In this document: one piece after another, positions 49,179-57,924 of the stretch | Position numbering within the stretch: the stretch's first letter is position 1 | Layout: the number at the start of each line of letters is the position of its first letter | IMG/VR virus record: IMGVR_UViG_3300030397_000458 | Span: 1-61,915 of that record | Direction: 5' to 3' (one strand) | From: a virus | Lineage: Duplodnaviria; Caudoviricetes | Length of the DNA: 61,915 nucleotides | Notes under the pieces: model-generated | Seen by the model: the letters and a program-made list of their open reading frames with translations, nothing else | Databases searched by the model: none | Told to the model about the DNA's origin: nothing | Made by a program: the position numbers and the translations under genes

Positions 49179-50175
49179 TGTAGTGCCCTACGAACGTCTT
49201 GAATCCGATTTCGCGTCGTTCAACGGATTACCAGAGCAGCGCATGGTATCCTGCTCGTCAGGAACCGCGGCACTTCACCTGGCGTTGGAGTCACTCCAAT
49301 TAGATCCTGGCTCAGTTGTTGCTATCCCAAACTATGCAATGATCTCTGTGGCCCGCGCAGTGTCCCTGGCTGGACTGCAACCCCTGCTCATCGGCTGCAA
49401 AAACGATGACCTTCTCATCAATCCTACAGCTCTCTCTACAGCATTCGAGCTGTACGGAGACCTGCTCCGCGCTGTCATCACTGTAGACACCTACGGACGT
49501 AGGGCGTGCTTGCCAACCATTCACAACATGATCCAGCGAGACAAGCGAGATTGTAAAGTTATTGAAGATTTGTCAGAAGCACATGGCGCTGTCCCTCACA
49601 AAGAATCAGATGCCGTGTGCTGGAGCTTCTACCAGAACAAAGTGATATCAGGAGAAGAAGGAGGAGCTGTCTACTTCAAGAATAAAGAGAACGCCAATCT
49701 GTGCCGACAGCTCAAAAACATCGGATTTTCTCCTGAGAGAGACTATACGCATATCGCGCGTGGACACAACTACAGACTCGCTAATACACTTGCACAGCTC
49801 ATCATTGATTCTCTTGAAACCTATGATGAGACAGAGTGGCGAGTCAATGAGGCTGAGCAAGAAAAAATGATTCCCGAGCAGTGGAGACAACCACCACGCA
49901 ACAGATACTGGATGACAGATATCAGAATCCCAGGCATGACACTCGAGCTACAGACAGAGGTAGTGAGGTCTCTGAGAGATTCAGGCATTGACAGCGTCAG
50001 ATTTGGATTCAAATTGATATCATCACAAGAGGAATACAGGGCTGCACAAGTCATAGACTGGGGAGAATGCTGGCGAGCTGTGTCAGAGGTGCTAAGCTTT
50101 CCTCTGCTCCCGGCTTACGAAATTCGACGTGCGATGATGAAGATACAAGAAATCATATCTAAGAAATTGACTTGA
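49171..50175 (+). CDS. DegT/DnrJ/EryC1/StrS sugar aminotransferase
   Basis: SSGTAALHLAL, IED.SEAHGA, SFYQNKVISGEEGG (PLP Lys), G.NYRL. Confidence 0.9.
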   Translation: MRNVVPYERLESDFASFNGLPEQRMVSCSSGTAALHLALESLQLDPGSVVAIPNYAMISVARAVSLAGLQPLLIGCKNDDLLINPTALSTAFELYGDLLRAVITVDTYGRRACLPTIHNMIQRDKRDCKVIEDLSEAHGAVPHKESDAVCWSFYQNKVISGEEGGAVYFKNKENANLCRQLKNIGFSPERDYTHIARGHNYRLANTLAQLIIDSLETYDETEWRVNEAEQEKMIPEQWRQPPRNRYWMTDIRIPGMTLELQTEVVRSLRDSGIDSVRFGFKLISSQEEYRAAQVIDWGECWRAVSEVLSFPLLPAYEIRRAMMKIQEIISKKLT

Positions 50176-50186
50176 CTTCCAAGCAA

Positions 50187-50262
50187 ACAGCGCCTTGCGA
50201 GCTCGAGCATAGGTTTTTTGTTGTTGCTCTTCCTATGCTTCGATAACTCGCAAGGTTGCTGT
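50187..50262. terminator. Long imperfect hairpin at the convergence of the two arms
   Basis: ACAGC-GCCTTGCGAG..TCGA-GCATAGG pairs with CCTATGC-TCGA..CTCGCAAGGT-GCTGT. Confidence 0.6.
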
Positions 50263-50263
50263 G

Positions 50264-50809
50264 TTATGCCTTTACTTTTTTGTCTTTCACCTCGACAGCT
50301 TCGACGCACCAGCCTTTTTCACGCCACAGTCGAGACTGGTAGTCAGCGACCTCATGGGAGAAATGGCCTGCCTGTCTCTTGTCAATAGTCTGATCGAGCC
50401 GACTTGAGAGGAAGTAGAGGATGTCCTCATCTCCGTTATCAAGAGGATGCTGACATCGACTCTGCGTGATCTCCAGGATATAGCGAGTCTTGTCAATTTT
50501 AGCGTTCATCATAGCGTAAGCCTTTCCTATTTGAGAATCAATCATATCACAAGTTTCTTTGTCCAGCTCATCAATAGTGAATAGCGAGACGAGAGCTGAA
50601 GATACAGAACAATCAGAATAGCGGTTGACGCGAATCTGACACTTCAGATTCCTTGCGCCAGCTCGCAGATATTCCGTTATTCTCCGCAAAAAGCAATCGA
50701 GCAGCACATCCGCTGCGAGTGTGCCAGATTCTCCGAACGATTCTGAGTGATGTATCACCCATCTGTTCTCATCCGTTTGGTAGTCAACGTAGAAGATATA
50801 CTGTCTCAT
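50264..50809 (-). CDS. Hypothetical protein
   Basis: ORF with RBS AAGGA. Confidence 0.6.
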   Translation of the reverse strand: MRQYIFYVDYQTDENRWVIHHSESFGESGTLAADVLLDCFLRRITEYLRAGARNLKCQIRVNRYSDCSVSSALVSLFTIDELDKETCDMIDSQIGKAYAMMNAKIDKTRYILEITQSRCQHPLDNGDEDILYFLSSRLDQTIDKRQAGHFSHEVADYQSRLWREKGWCVEAVEVKDKKVKA

Positions 50810-50924
50810 TGGTTCTTATCCTTCTCATTTTGGGGCTGAACTGGTGGGACAAAGGTGGTAGAGCCACCAAATGCGTGGCCCACCAAAGTCAGGACAAACG
50901 TAATGAGGAAGCAAACGAATCGGA

Positions 50925-51719
50925 TCATGAAAAAACCCTTTCCAGTAAGAAGACAATATTAGCCAGATCGCCTGGCGTTCCCTCTGGGGGAGCTGTCTCA
51001 GCCGGAGATTTACGGCTGCCCCAACAAGCGAGGAATCCCGCCGGATGAATGAACCAACCAGGCAAGTGGTCGGCCAGGAGTCTCAGATCCGGCTCGTCTC
51101 GACCTGGGTATCGAGTCACTCCCAGATTCAATCCGTCGCGGTAGACAGCCCCACAGCATCCCTGCTCATTAAGAGTGACTCCAAGCTGAGGTGTGGCCTG
51201 TACACCATTCAGCACAGCGAAAGTGTGGCCTGCTGGCGTGGTGATGCGTGTGATCTGCTCAGCCTCTTTCTCAGCTCGGATCTTATCCCTCTCTGACTGA
51301 GCCAAAGCCTGAACGATAGGAGCCATGATTTCATACTTGCGACGGTCAACATCTTCCCTATTCGGCTCCTTATCACGGAGCCAGCTTCCCAGGGCTGCCA
51401 CAATCTCCTGTAGCGAAAACCTGGGGTTGATCACTCTACCTGTGCTGTCTGCCTCATCAATCTCTGCTGTGAGCCGAGAATCAACCAGGTCTGCTGTCTC
51501 AGGGAGTGATGCAAATGCGCTGTGCTGCTTGCCATCGTCATCCAAGATGCCTTTCTCCCCTAGAGGATGATCGACCATCCTTAGCCCATCTGGTGCCTGG
51601 TCTGCTCCTGCGGGGATCAGCTCTATATCGATCCAGTCTGCTCCGAGTGCTGACAATGACGCGATTGCGTCAAGATCCAGATTCGGATGTGTGCCGTACT
51701 TTTTCATATTAATCTCCAA
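50925..51719 (-). CDS. Hypothetical protein (DHH-like motifs)
   Basis: THPNLDLDAIAS, VDH and WFIHP.GFL; true start probably the internal ATG (MKKY). Confidence 0.55.
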   Translation of the reverse strand: MEINMKKYGTHPNLDLDAIASLSALGADWIDIELIPAGADQAPDGLRMVDHPLGEKGILDDDGKQHSAFASLPETADLVDSRLTAEIDEADSTGRVINPRFSLQEIVAALGSWLRDKEPNREDVDRRKYEIMAPIVQALAQSERDKIRAEKEAEQITRITTPAGHTFAVLNGVQATPQLGVTLNEQGCCGAVYRDGLNLGVTRYPGRDEPDLRLLADHLPGWFIHPAGFLACWGSRKSPAETAPPEGTPGDLANIVFLLERVFS

Positions 51720-51804
51720 AGTGTGAAAAATTGCTTCCCAGACGTGACAGGAATCGCTGCCCTGTCACGTTTCGCTTCTTGCCAGGAGCTCATCAGTGGG
51801 TGGA

Positions 51805-52014
51805 CTAATCGGTCACGTAGCAGTCAGTAGGTATCCCGTATACCTCAGTTGTGATGACTCCTGCCCCTCCGTCTGTCTCTGATGCCTCGATGCTGGCTTC
51901 TCGCTCTTCTTCTGTTGCATTGCGAAGTGCCTGCCCTGTGTTGTACGAGTACAACACAGCTGCAGACCAGTCGATCATGGTGACGTTTGTTTTTGTAGGT
52001 TGTGTCATGGTCAT
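51805..52014 (-). CDS. Hypothetical protein
   Basis: RBS GGAG, directly behind a promoter. Confidence 0.6.
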   Translation of the reverse strand: MTMTQPTKTNVTMIDWSAAVLYSYNTGQALRNATEEEREASIEASETDGGAGVITTEVYGIPTDCYVTD

Positions 52015-52033
52015 GGCTCCAAAGTGTGAAAAA

Positions 52034-52094
52034 AGAAAACTGCTTGCGTCTCTGATAGTAATACTAGCACAGTCAGAGACGCAAGCAGTTTTCT
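52034..52094 (-). promoter_or_regulatory. Early promoter element inside a perfect 22-bp inverted repeat
   Basis: Arms 52034-52055 and 52073-52094; loop contains TGCTAGTATTAC on the - strand. Confidence 0.65.
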
Positions 52095-52142
52095 CCGATT
52101 TTCAAAAAGTTTTTTGGATTCAAATTTCAGACAAGACCAGGA

Positions 52143-53609
52143 CTATTCGAGGTCTTCGTCTTCGTACTCGTCGTCGTATTCTTCATCGTCAAGCTCTTCG
52201 TCTTCAAAATCATCCTCCTCATCCTCGTCTGGATCATCAACGACAGGAGCAGAGTTAACTGACTGCTTGGCTTTGAGCTTCTTTGCTATCTTCTTGACCT
52301 CCTCTTTGGCTTCTCTCTCTTCCCTGAGCTGCTCCGCCTGGTCATAGATTTCATCCTCTGTGGGATCATCTTCTGAGTCAGTCATATCAGTCGTTTTCTT
52401 CGCTGCCTTCTCTGACTGCTCTTTCGCTGAGATATCCCCGAAGTCGATTCCACCAGCATCAATGTACGCCGATGGGGCTAAGAAACGATGACCGTCCTGA
52501 TCATCTTCATATTCGAGCTTGAGTCTCTTCTCTGTGAGATTCCTATCCTGGCTCACATGGTTCCACGCAGTGATTAAGAGTAATACTCGCTCGGAGAAGG
52601 AAATCTCAAGCCGTCCAGTCTCAGGGTGGACGTAGCTCGCGTAGACTTTGCGCAATGGCTTCATTTGTGGCGTATCCTGAGCGATGTTAGCCCAGAAGTC
52701 TGCTGCAGCATCCCATGCTGAAAAGTCAAGATATTTTTCAGAAGGTGTGCTTGCTTGCCAGTATTCGTCACCGTCTGACTTACAGCTCGCGAACAAATAC
52801 ATCAGTCCAGCAGCATAGCCTGGTGCGATGTACTCGCTGATACCTTTCTGATCATTCTTTGTCAGTATATGAGAGACACACTCAAGCAGTCTACTGTGTC
52901 GAGCCAGGAAATCGAGACTCTCACTGTGTGTCCTACGTGGAGCAAACGCACTATCACCTGCCCCCGTGCGCGACCACAACAAGCGAATCGCATGATCTGT
53001 CATGGCCGATGCAACTTTACGCTCTGAGCTCTTCATGTGTGAGAAGTATTCGCTGCGATAGATTACGTCCATCAAGGAACGTGGCTTGCACGTATCCATC
53101 GTGTTTACTACTTCGTCCGATTCTTCGACCCCGTACACAACGAGCTTCTCCATTGTGAGAGGTTTCTTGTGCATCTTCTTATAGAATGCACGTCTCTCAG
53201 GATCACGGGTAAGTCTTTCCTGATCGGCCAGAATCAGGCTTATTAGCTGGTGCTGTCCATTGAGTATTAACCCTGTTTCGCCAATGATGATGGGCTCAGC
53301 ATTGAACCGCCATTTCTTGCGAAGGTGCTCCTGAATCAGAGTGTCGATGGTGCCAGAGTAAAGAGGGCGATTGGTCACGTTGTTGGCCAGCCTGACCTTC
53401 GTTCCCTCTCTATCCTTGAGAGCGAAGTCAGACCCGAATGAGACTTCCTCTGTCTCCTCCTCCCAGCCAAGCAGATCAGAGCACTGCTCTACTGTCAGCG
53501 CGTCAGCACCAATGTGCTTGACCACCTCGATCTCTTTGTAGACGATTGGCCGCGAGAGCTGAGTATGAGTAGTCGTCTTTTTCTTCTTTGCTGCTCTTGT
53601 TTTCGGCAT
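52143..53609 (-). CDS. ParB/DGQHR-like domain protein with acidic tail
   Basis: NRPL...W..N.EPIII...G.ILNGQHQL, and D....R motif. Confidence 0.55.
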   Translation of the reverse strand: MPKTRAAKKKKTTTHTQLSRPIVYKEIEVVKHIGADALTVEQCSDLLGWEEETEEVSFGSDFALKDREGTKVRLANNVTNRPLYSGTIDTLIQEHLRKKWRFNAEPIIIGETGLILNGQHQLISLILADQERLTRDPERRAFYKKMHKKPLTMEKLVVYGVEESDEVVNTMDTCKPRSLMDVIYRSEYFSHMKSSERKVASAMTDHAIRLLWSRTGAGDSAFAPRRTHSESLDFLARHSRLLECVSHILTKNDQKGISEYIAPGYAAGLMYLFASCKSDGDEYWQASTPSEKYLDFSAWDAAADFWANIAQDTPQMKPLRKVYASYVHPETGRLEISFSERVLLLITAWNHVSQDRNLTEKRLKLEYEDDQDGHRFLAPSAYIDAGGIDFGDISAKEQSEKAAKKTTDMTDSEDDPTEDEIYDQAEQLREEREAKEEVKKIAKKLKAKQSVNSAPVVDDPDEDEEDDFEDEELDDEEYDDEYEDEDLE

Positions 53610-53730
53610 AGTACATATCCTTCTTTTTGTTGAGCCAGTATGTACTGGCTGAAGTGTGAGTGAGGCCCAGCGACAATGCCAGGCCTCAAGTAATCGTAGG
53701 CGGATCTGAATCCAAATTCAAGGTGCGTTG

Positions 53731-54060
53731 CTAAAAGTGCACCTCTTGATTCCTCATCTCTCTCTCAAATTCTTCTCTATCGAGCCCTACAACCTTATCT
53801 GATAAAGAGTCATAGAAGAGAGGAGTCAAACCCTTTGTATCAGAGGGATTATCTGAGATAACAAGAACCTTACCATTTTTCAGAGCCCCGATACGCCAGG
53901 GCTGGTCACCATGAGGCGAATCAAACTGAAAGATGGTGTACTCTGTGGCAGGGTAATGGAAGATCTGAAGCACATGGCGAATGCGAGACAGGTCAAGAGG
54001 AGTCATGACCAGGTCAGGTTGGAAATCAAATGAAAAGTCGGTTCTAGGTCGGGTAATCAT
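53731..54060 (-). CDS. Hypothetical protein
   Basis: ORF in early arm. Confidence 0.55.
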   Translation of the reverse strand: MITRPRTDFSFDFQPDLVMTPLDLSRIRHVLQIFHYPATEYTIFQFDSPHGDQPWRIGALKNGKVLVISDNPSDTKGLTPLFYDSLSDKVVGLDREEFEREMRNQEVHF

Positions 54061-54141
54061 ATTACTCTCTTTCAGGAAAAGGAAGACGGGAAGGCGAAAA
54101 AAGAGCCACTAGCACAACACCAGTGACTCAGAGTCTCACTC

Positions 54142-54606
54142 TCAGTTGATCCTGTTGCCGTTGAGGAGCAGAGGAGCCTGCTCACTCGCGATGCGCTGAA
54201 CCTGAGCTGTCAGAACCTTCAGATGCTTATTCGCTGTCTGTGGTGTCATGTCGCACCTGGTCGTCAACGTCTGTTTCAAATCTGACTCCAGTTCTTCTGC
54301 TTCCATCTCCAAGAAATCAAGCTCAAACTGATCCCGCCTCTGCTCTGCGAGACTCTTCAAGATCTCAATCTGAGCCCTCTGTTTCGAGAAGGCTCGCAAC
54401 ACGACCATGCGCGTCTGCCGCTGAATCGTGGTCTCGGCAATAGCTAGAATTGCTTTCGTGCCTGACAGCATCGTGTCAAGTGTGTTGCCAAGAGTCTCGT
54501 TGACGACATCAAGAACCTGATCGACTGTTGCGTTGACTTTCTCCTGGCTGTTCTGCGCAGCCTGGATCTGCTCGTTTGTGAGGTGTTGTGACATATCTTT
54601 CTCCAT
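54142..54606 (-). CDS. Hypothetical coiled-coil protein
   Basis: ORF in early arm; start uncertain. Confidence 0.55.
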   Translation of the reverse strand: MEKDMSQHLTNEQIQAAQNSQEKVNATVDQVLDVVNETLGNTLDTMLSGTKAILAIAETTIQRQTRMVVLRAFSKQRAQIEILKSLAEQRRDQFELDFLEMEAEELESDLKQTLTTRCDMTPQTANKHLKVLTAQVQRIASEQAPLLLNGNRIN

Positions 54607-54665
54607 AGTAGTGTAAACTGAATCCAAAAACAGAGGGAGAGCGTTTCTCCCTCTCTAGTGAAACG

Positions 54666-55208
54666 TTAGTTATCTGCGTCCTCTTCTATCTCTCTAACAA
54701 AATCGTTAAGAAGATCCATACCCTTAGTTGAGCTGCGACTATATGCTTTGTAAGCTGTCTCCAACCCGGATGGAATCTCTTGACCTAGCGATAGGTAGAG
54801 ATTCCTTACGGCCACCAATAATGCGCGGAATGTGTGGTAGTCTCTGTTAGCTTTTTCGCTCTTGCTCACCCTTTTCTGTGTCGATCTCATAGTTAGACCT
54901 ACGGTCTTGCATGCGTTCCTGAGGGTACAAGAAGACACGTCAATACCCATTGAAGCGATGACCTCTCCGAGCACTTTTTGTATCCCAAACTTCTTTTCTA
55001 TAAACTCCTCCTTTCGCTCCTTGAGGAGCTCGCACAATTGGTAAAACTGTTCATGTGTCAATGCTCTACTTCGTCTCTCGCTCATCACATATCCCTCTGA
55101 TAAGGTTGAATGTTGTGGCTCCAACAACTGGAACCACATTCCGCCGATCTCTCTCCCTACTCCGATTCTGGCTGGTCTGCCTCTGACTGGCTCTGAGTCA
55201 ATGTACAC
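54666..55208 (-). CDS. Hypothetical protein
   Basis: ORF; true start probably internal (MSERR). Confidence 0.5.
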   Translation of the reverse strand: MYIDSEPVRGRPARIGVGREIGGMWFQLLEPQHSTLSEGYVMSERRSRALTHEQFYQLCELLKERKEEFIEKKFGIQKVLGEVIASMGIDVSSCTLRNACKTVGLTMRSTQKRVSKSEKANRDYHTFRALLVAVRNLYLSLGQEIPSGLETAYKAYSRSSTKGMDLLNDFVREIEEDADN

Positions 55209-56113
55209 TTTGTCGGACGCTTGAAGAATCCGAAGTTGTCGCCTGGATTCTTGACAGAGATTCGAGCTGTCAATACAACTCTGTCACCTTTGGACGGTCC
55301 AGCATCATCTTCTGTCGTGTAATCTAGTCCAGTCAGAGCCGAGCTGGGCAACGTGCCCCAGACCAGGAAACCACGATCATCCTTGATCGTGACCTTGCAG
55401 GCATACTCGTCATAGTACGCCAGTCCCACAACTCGCCAGTCTACCTTGATGATGGTGCCTTCAATGCGATGTCGTCCATCCAGCAGCTCTTCTGGAACCG
55501 CTACGGTCTCGGGCTTAGCTGGCTCAGAGCTTCCACCAATCAGCCTCTCTGTGAATCGCTTCGCGAGCGAAAGAAAGTAGCTCCTCTGATTGGTGGACCA
55601 CTTACCAAATTTCATCATTTTGTCGTGGATGTCGATCATGACTCCATCCATCGACGAAGTAGCCTGGTCACGATGCTCTTCGACGTAGTCCCAAGCTATT
55701 GCCAGTTCTTCATCTTCTGACATCTGATTAATGAACGCTTCTGAAGCTCGCTTCTTCCAGCCGTCGATCCTGGCCAGGTGTGTGCCTCTCTTCTCTGCGC
55801 GAGCTCGGAGCATCTCGGCTCGTGAGGTGTAAGAGAAAGTTGATGCAGCACACTGGTGGCCAATGATGTAATGCAGTCCCGTTTCAGCGTGCTGATAGAT
55901 CACGCCATGTCCGAAAATTGCTCCGCAGTGGTCGCATTTGTTGCCCTGGACACCCTTTGAATGCCCATCTCTTGCTCTGAGCATAGACAGAAAATTCTCG
56001 TGAACGTCATCCATCTGGTTCGCGAGCTCAGCATAAGCTGCTCTGGTGAATGCATGGCGACCACAGTAGTAGATGCCGCGATACTGGAACAGGGCTGGAT
56101 TCGGGTTGTGCAT
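55157..56113 (-). CDS. Hypothetical Zn-binding / OB-fold protein
   Basis: CDHCG...GHQC; C-terminal OB-like region ending F.RPTK. Confidence 0.6.
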   Translation of the reverse strand: MHNPNPALFQYRGIYYCGRHAFTRAAYAELANQMDDVHENFLSMLRARDGHSKGVQGNKCDHCGAIFGHGVIYQHAETGLHYIIGHQCAASTFSYTSRAEMLRARAEKRGTHLARIDGWKKRASEAFINQMSEDEELAIAWDYVEEHRDQATSSMDGVMIDIHDKMMKFGKWSTNQRSYFLSLAKRFTERLIGGSSEPAKPETVAVPEELLDGRHRIEGTIIKVDWRVVGLAYYDEYACKVTIKDDRGFLVWGTLPSSALTGLDYTTEDDAGPSKGDRVVLTARISVKNPGDNFGFFKRPTKCTLTQSQSEADQPESE

Positions 56114-56152
56114 GGTTTTCCTTTGAGTAGGGGTTGTGTCTTACCTATGGTT

Positions 56153-56180
56153 ATACTAGCATGACCAGACACGATGTCAA
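56153..56180 (-). promoter_or_regulatory. Sigma70-like early promoter
   Basis: TTGACA-N16-TAGTAT with TG extension, AT-rich upstream element. Confidence 0.75.
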
Positions 56181-56199
56181 GCAAATTTTTGAGAATTTC

Positions 56200-56976
56200 T
56201 CAAAAAGTGACAAACCGAAAACCGATGTCGCTGAAACGGAAGGACGGAACGTTGCTGCCGCGGGACGCGCAGCAACAGAAGCGAGGGTAGATGAGCCAAG
56301 AACCGCCACGGTATACTTGCAAAGACTCATCAGTGTGTGGATCGTGGCACCATTCCCAAACATTACCGATCATATCGTAGAGACCGTACTGATTTGACAT
56401 TTTCCTCCTGACGCTGTGTAACCTTCCTTGACTATTACCGCTATGCCAGGCAATGGCGTCTATATCATCATGGTATTGATCTCCTTCTGTCCCTCCTCTG
56501 CACGCGTATTCCCATTCTGCCTCTGTGGGAAGACGAAACTGGAGCTTTGGTTGTGGCTTGAAGATATTCATCGAATCACAGAAGTCAACGCATTCGTCAT
56601 ATGAGACCTGAGTAACCGGGCTGTCATCCCATGAATCTTGTAAGTGACCGAGACCCCTTACGTTATTCCATTGGAGGACCGTGCAAGGGGTCTCATCCAT
56701 CCAGAAACCCTGGTGAGAATCAGTCTCCAGAGGAACCCACCTCAGACTGATCATCATCTGGTTGATTCTGTAACAGGCCCACAGGCCATAACTATCTCTT
56801 CCCCATACGTCAGCCCACAGAGCTGCTGTGCCTGGAAGAAATCGGAATTTGTCAGCTTCTGCTGGTTGGTCATGGTCGTCCAACCAATCAGCGTACACCA
56901 GACGATGCACGTCGTCGCCTGGCTCTTCTCGAATTCTTTGTTTGAATAAATCGTGAGACATATCATATTCCCTCAC
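56200..56976 (-). CDS. TIGR02996-domain + FGE-sulfatase (CLec) protein
   Basis: IREEPGDDVHRLVYADWLDD; RLPTEAEWEYACRGG, GLYDMIGNVWEW, RGGSW, GFR. Confidence 0.88.
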   Translation of the reverse strand: MREYDMSHDLFKQRIREEPGDDVHRLVYADWLDDHDQPAEADKFRFLPGTAALWADVWGRDSYGLWACYRINQMMISLRWVPLETDSHQGFWMDETPCTVLQWNNVRGLGHLQDSWDDSPVTQVSYDECVDFCDSMNIFKPQPKLQFRLPTEAEWEYACRGGTEGDQYHDDIDAIAWHSGNSQGRLHSVRRKMSNQYGLYDMIGNVWEWCHDPHTDESLQVYRGGSWLIYPRFCCCASRGSNVPSFRFSDIGFRFVTF

Positions 56977-57226
56977 TAATCAGAGACTCCAGATCGGAAA
57001 GCCATGCATTATGATCATAAGTGTAGATTTTGTTCTTCAGACGGAAGTATGCTTCTGTTAGGAGGTCAAGCCCTCTGGTGGCGCGAGACTCCCAATCTTT
57101 CGACGTGAAACTGTAGACCTTCCTCATCGTACCATCCTCTCGGACAGTGAGGCGAGCCGACCAGTGCTCTGATTCGAGCTTGAACATGACTCGGCTCTCA
57201 TCTGTTTTCACTACGATATTGAACAT
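56963..57226 (-). CDS. Hypothetical protein
   Basis: RBS GAGGAG. Confidence 0.6.
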   Translation of the reverse strand: MFNIVVKTDESRVMFKLESEHWSARLTVREDGTMRKVYSFTSKDWESRATRGLDLLTEAYFRLKNKIYTYDHNAWLSDLESLISEGI

Positions 57227-57322
57227 GAAACTCCTCTTGAATTTGAATCCAAAAACGGAACGTAGAATTGAGCGAATGAGAAAGTAAGGGCGACTAACGA
57301 GGGCGCGGGCTGACTACCTCAA

Positions 57323-57505
57323 TCAATAAGCCTCATCAAGCCAGGGATACTCGCGAGACTCTGTGCAGTGGTCGAGAGCTCCGTCATTGTACGCTTCCCA
57401 TTCATCCGAACCATATTCATATGGATTCAGCTCCATTCCGTCCTGAGAATCCTCTGCGCCTTGTTGGTAAGCTCGCACCAGGTTGATGTTTGGCTGTCGT
57501 GACAT
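57323..57505 (-). CDS. Small protein with NPY...W..G motif
   Basis: AYQQG...NPYEYGSDEWEAYNDG; RBS GAGGAG. Confidence 0.6.
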   Translation of the reverse strand: MSRQPNINLVRAYQQGAEDSQDGMELNPYEYGSDEWEAYNDGALDHCTESREYPWLDEAY

Positions 57506-57555
57506 ATCTAACTCCTCTAAAATGAAAATAGGTGTAAGGCGAAAAACAGGCTACT

Positions 57556-57666
57556 CTAACCGTCGATCCAGTCATTCAGTTTCGAGGCGATCCACTTAAC
57601 TGTGCGAGTCTCGCAAACCAGGGAAACGACTACTGCGCCGATGAAAGGAAGAAGAACGTAGAGCAT
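57556..57666 (-). CDS. Small membrane peptide (36 aa)
   Basis: MLYVLLPFIGAVVVSLVC..., read manually. Confidence 0.45.
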   Translation of the reverse strand: MLYVLLPFIGAVVVSLVCETRTVKWIASKLNDWIDG

Positions 57667-57735
57667 GTGATACCCCAAAAAGTAGGTAGAGAGAAAGAAG
57701 ACTGCTGGCAACAGCTCAGCAGTCACTGAATCGCG

Positions 57736-57828
57736 CTAATTCGTGCTGATCCATCCCCAGGCAACCAGCCTGTCAACGATGATTCCTGACGTGGTGACGA
57801 TTGCGACGATGGAAAGAACTGTGAACAT
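57736..57828 (-). CDS. Small membrane peptide (30 aa)
   Basis: MFTVLSIVAIVTTSGII..., RBS AAGGGAG, directly behind a promoter. Confidence 0.5.
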   Translation of the reverse strand: MFTVLSIVAIVTTSGIIVDRLVAWGWISTN

Positions 57829-57877
57829 GCGATGCTCCCTTGTGAGTAAGGAATTTTTGTTGTCTCTACTTTTTAAT

Positions 57878-57904
57878 AGTATAACTAACCGAGAAGGAAG
57901 TCAA
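57878..57904 (-). promoter_or_regulatory. Sigma70-like early promoter (variant)
   Basis: TTGACT-N15-TATACT with the same AT-rich upstream tract. Confidence 0.5.
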
Positions 57905-57924
57905 GCGAATTTTCAAAAAAAAAA

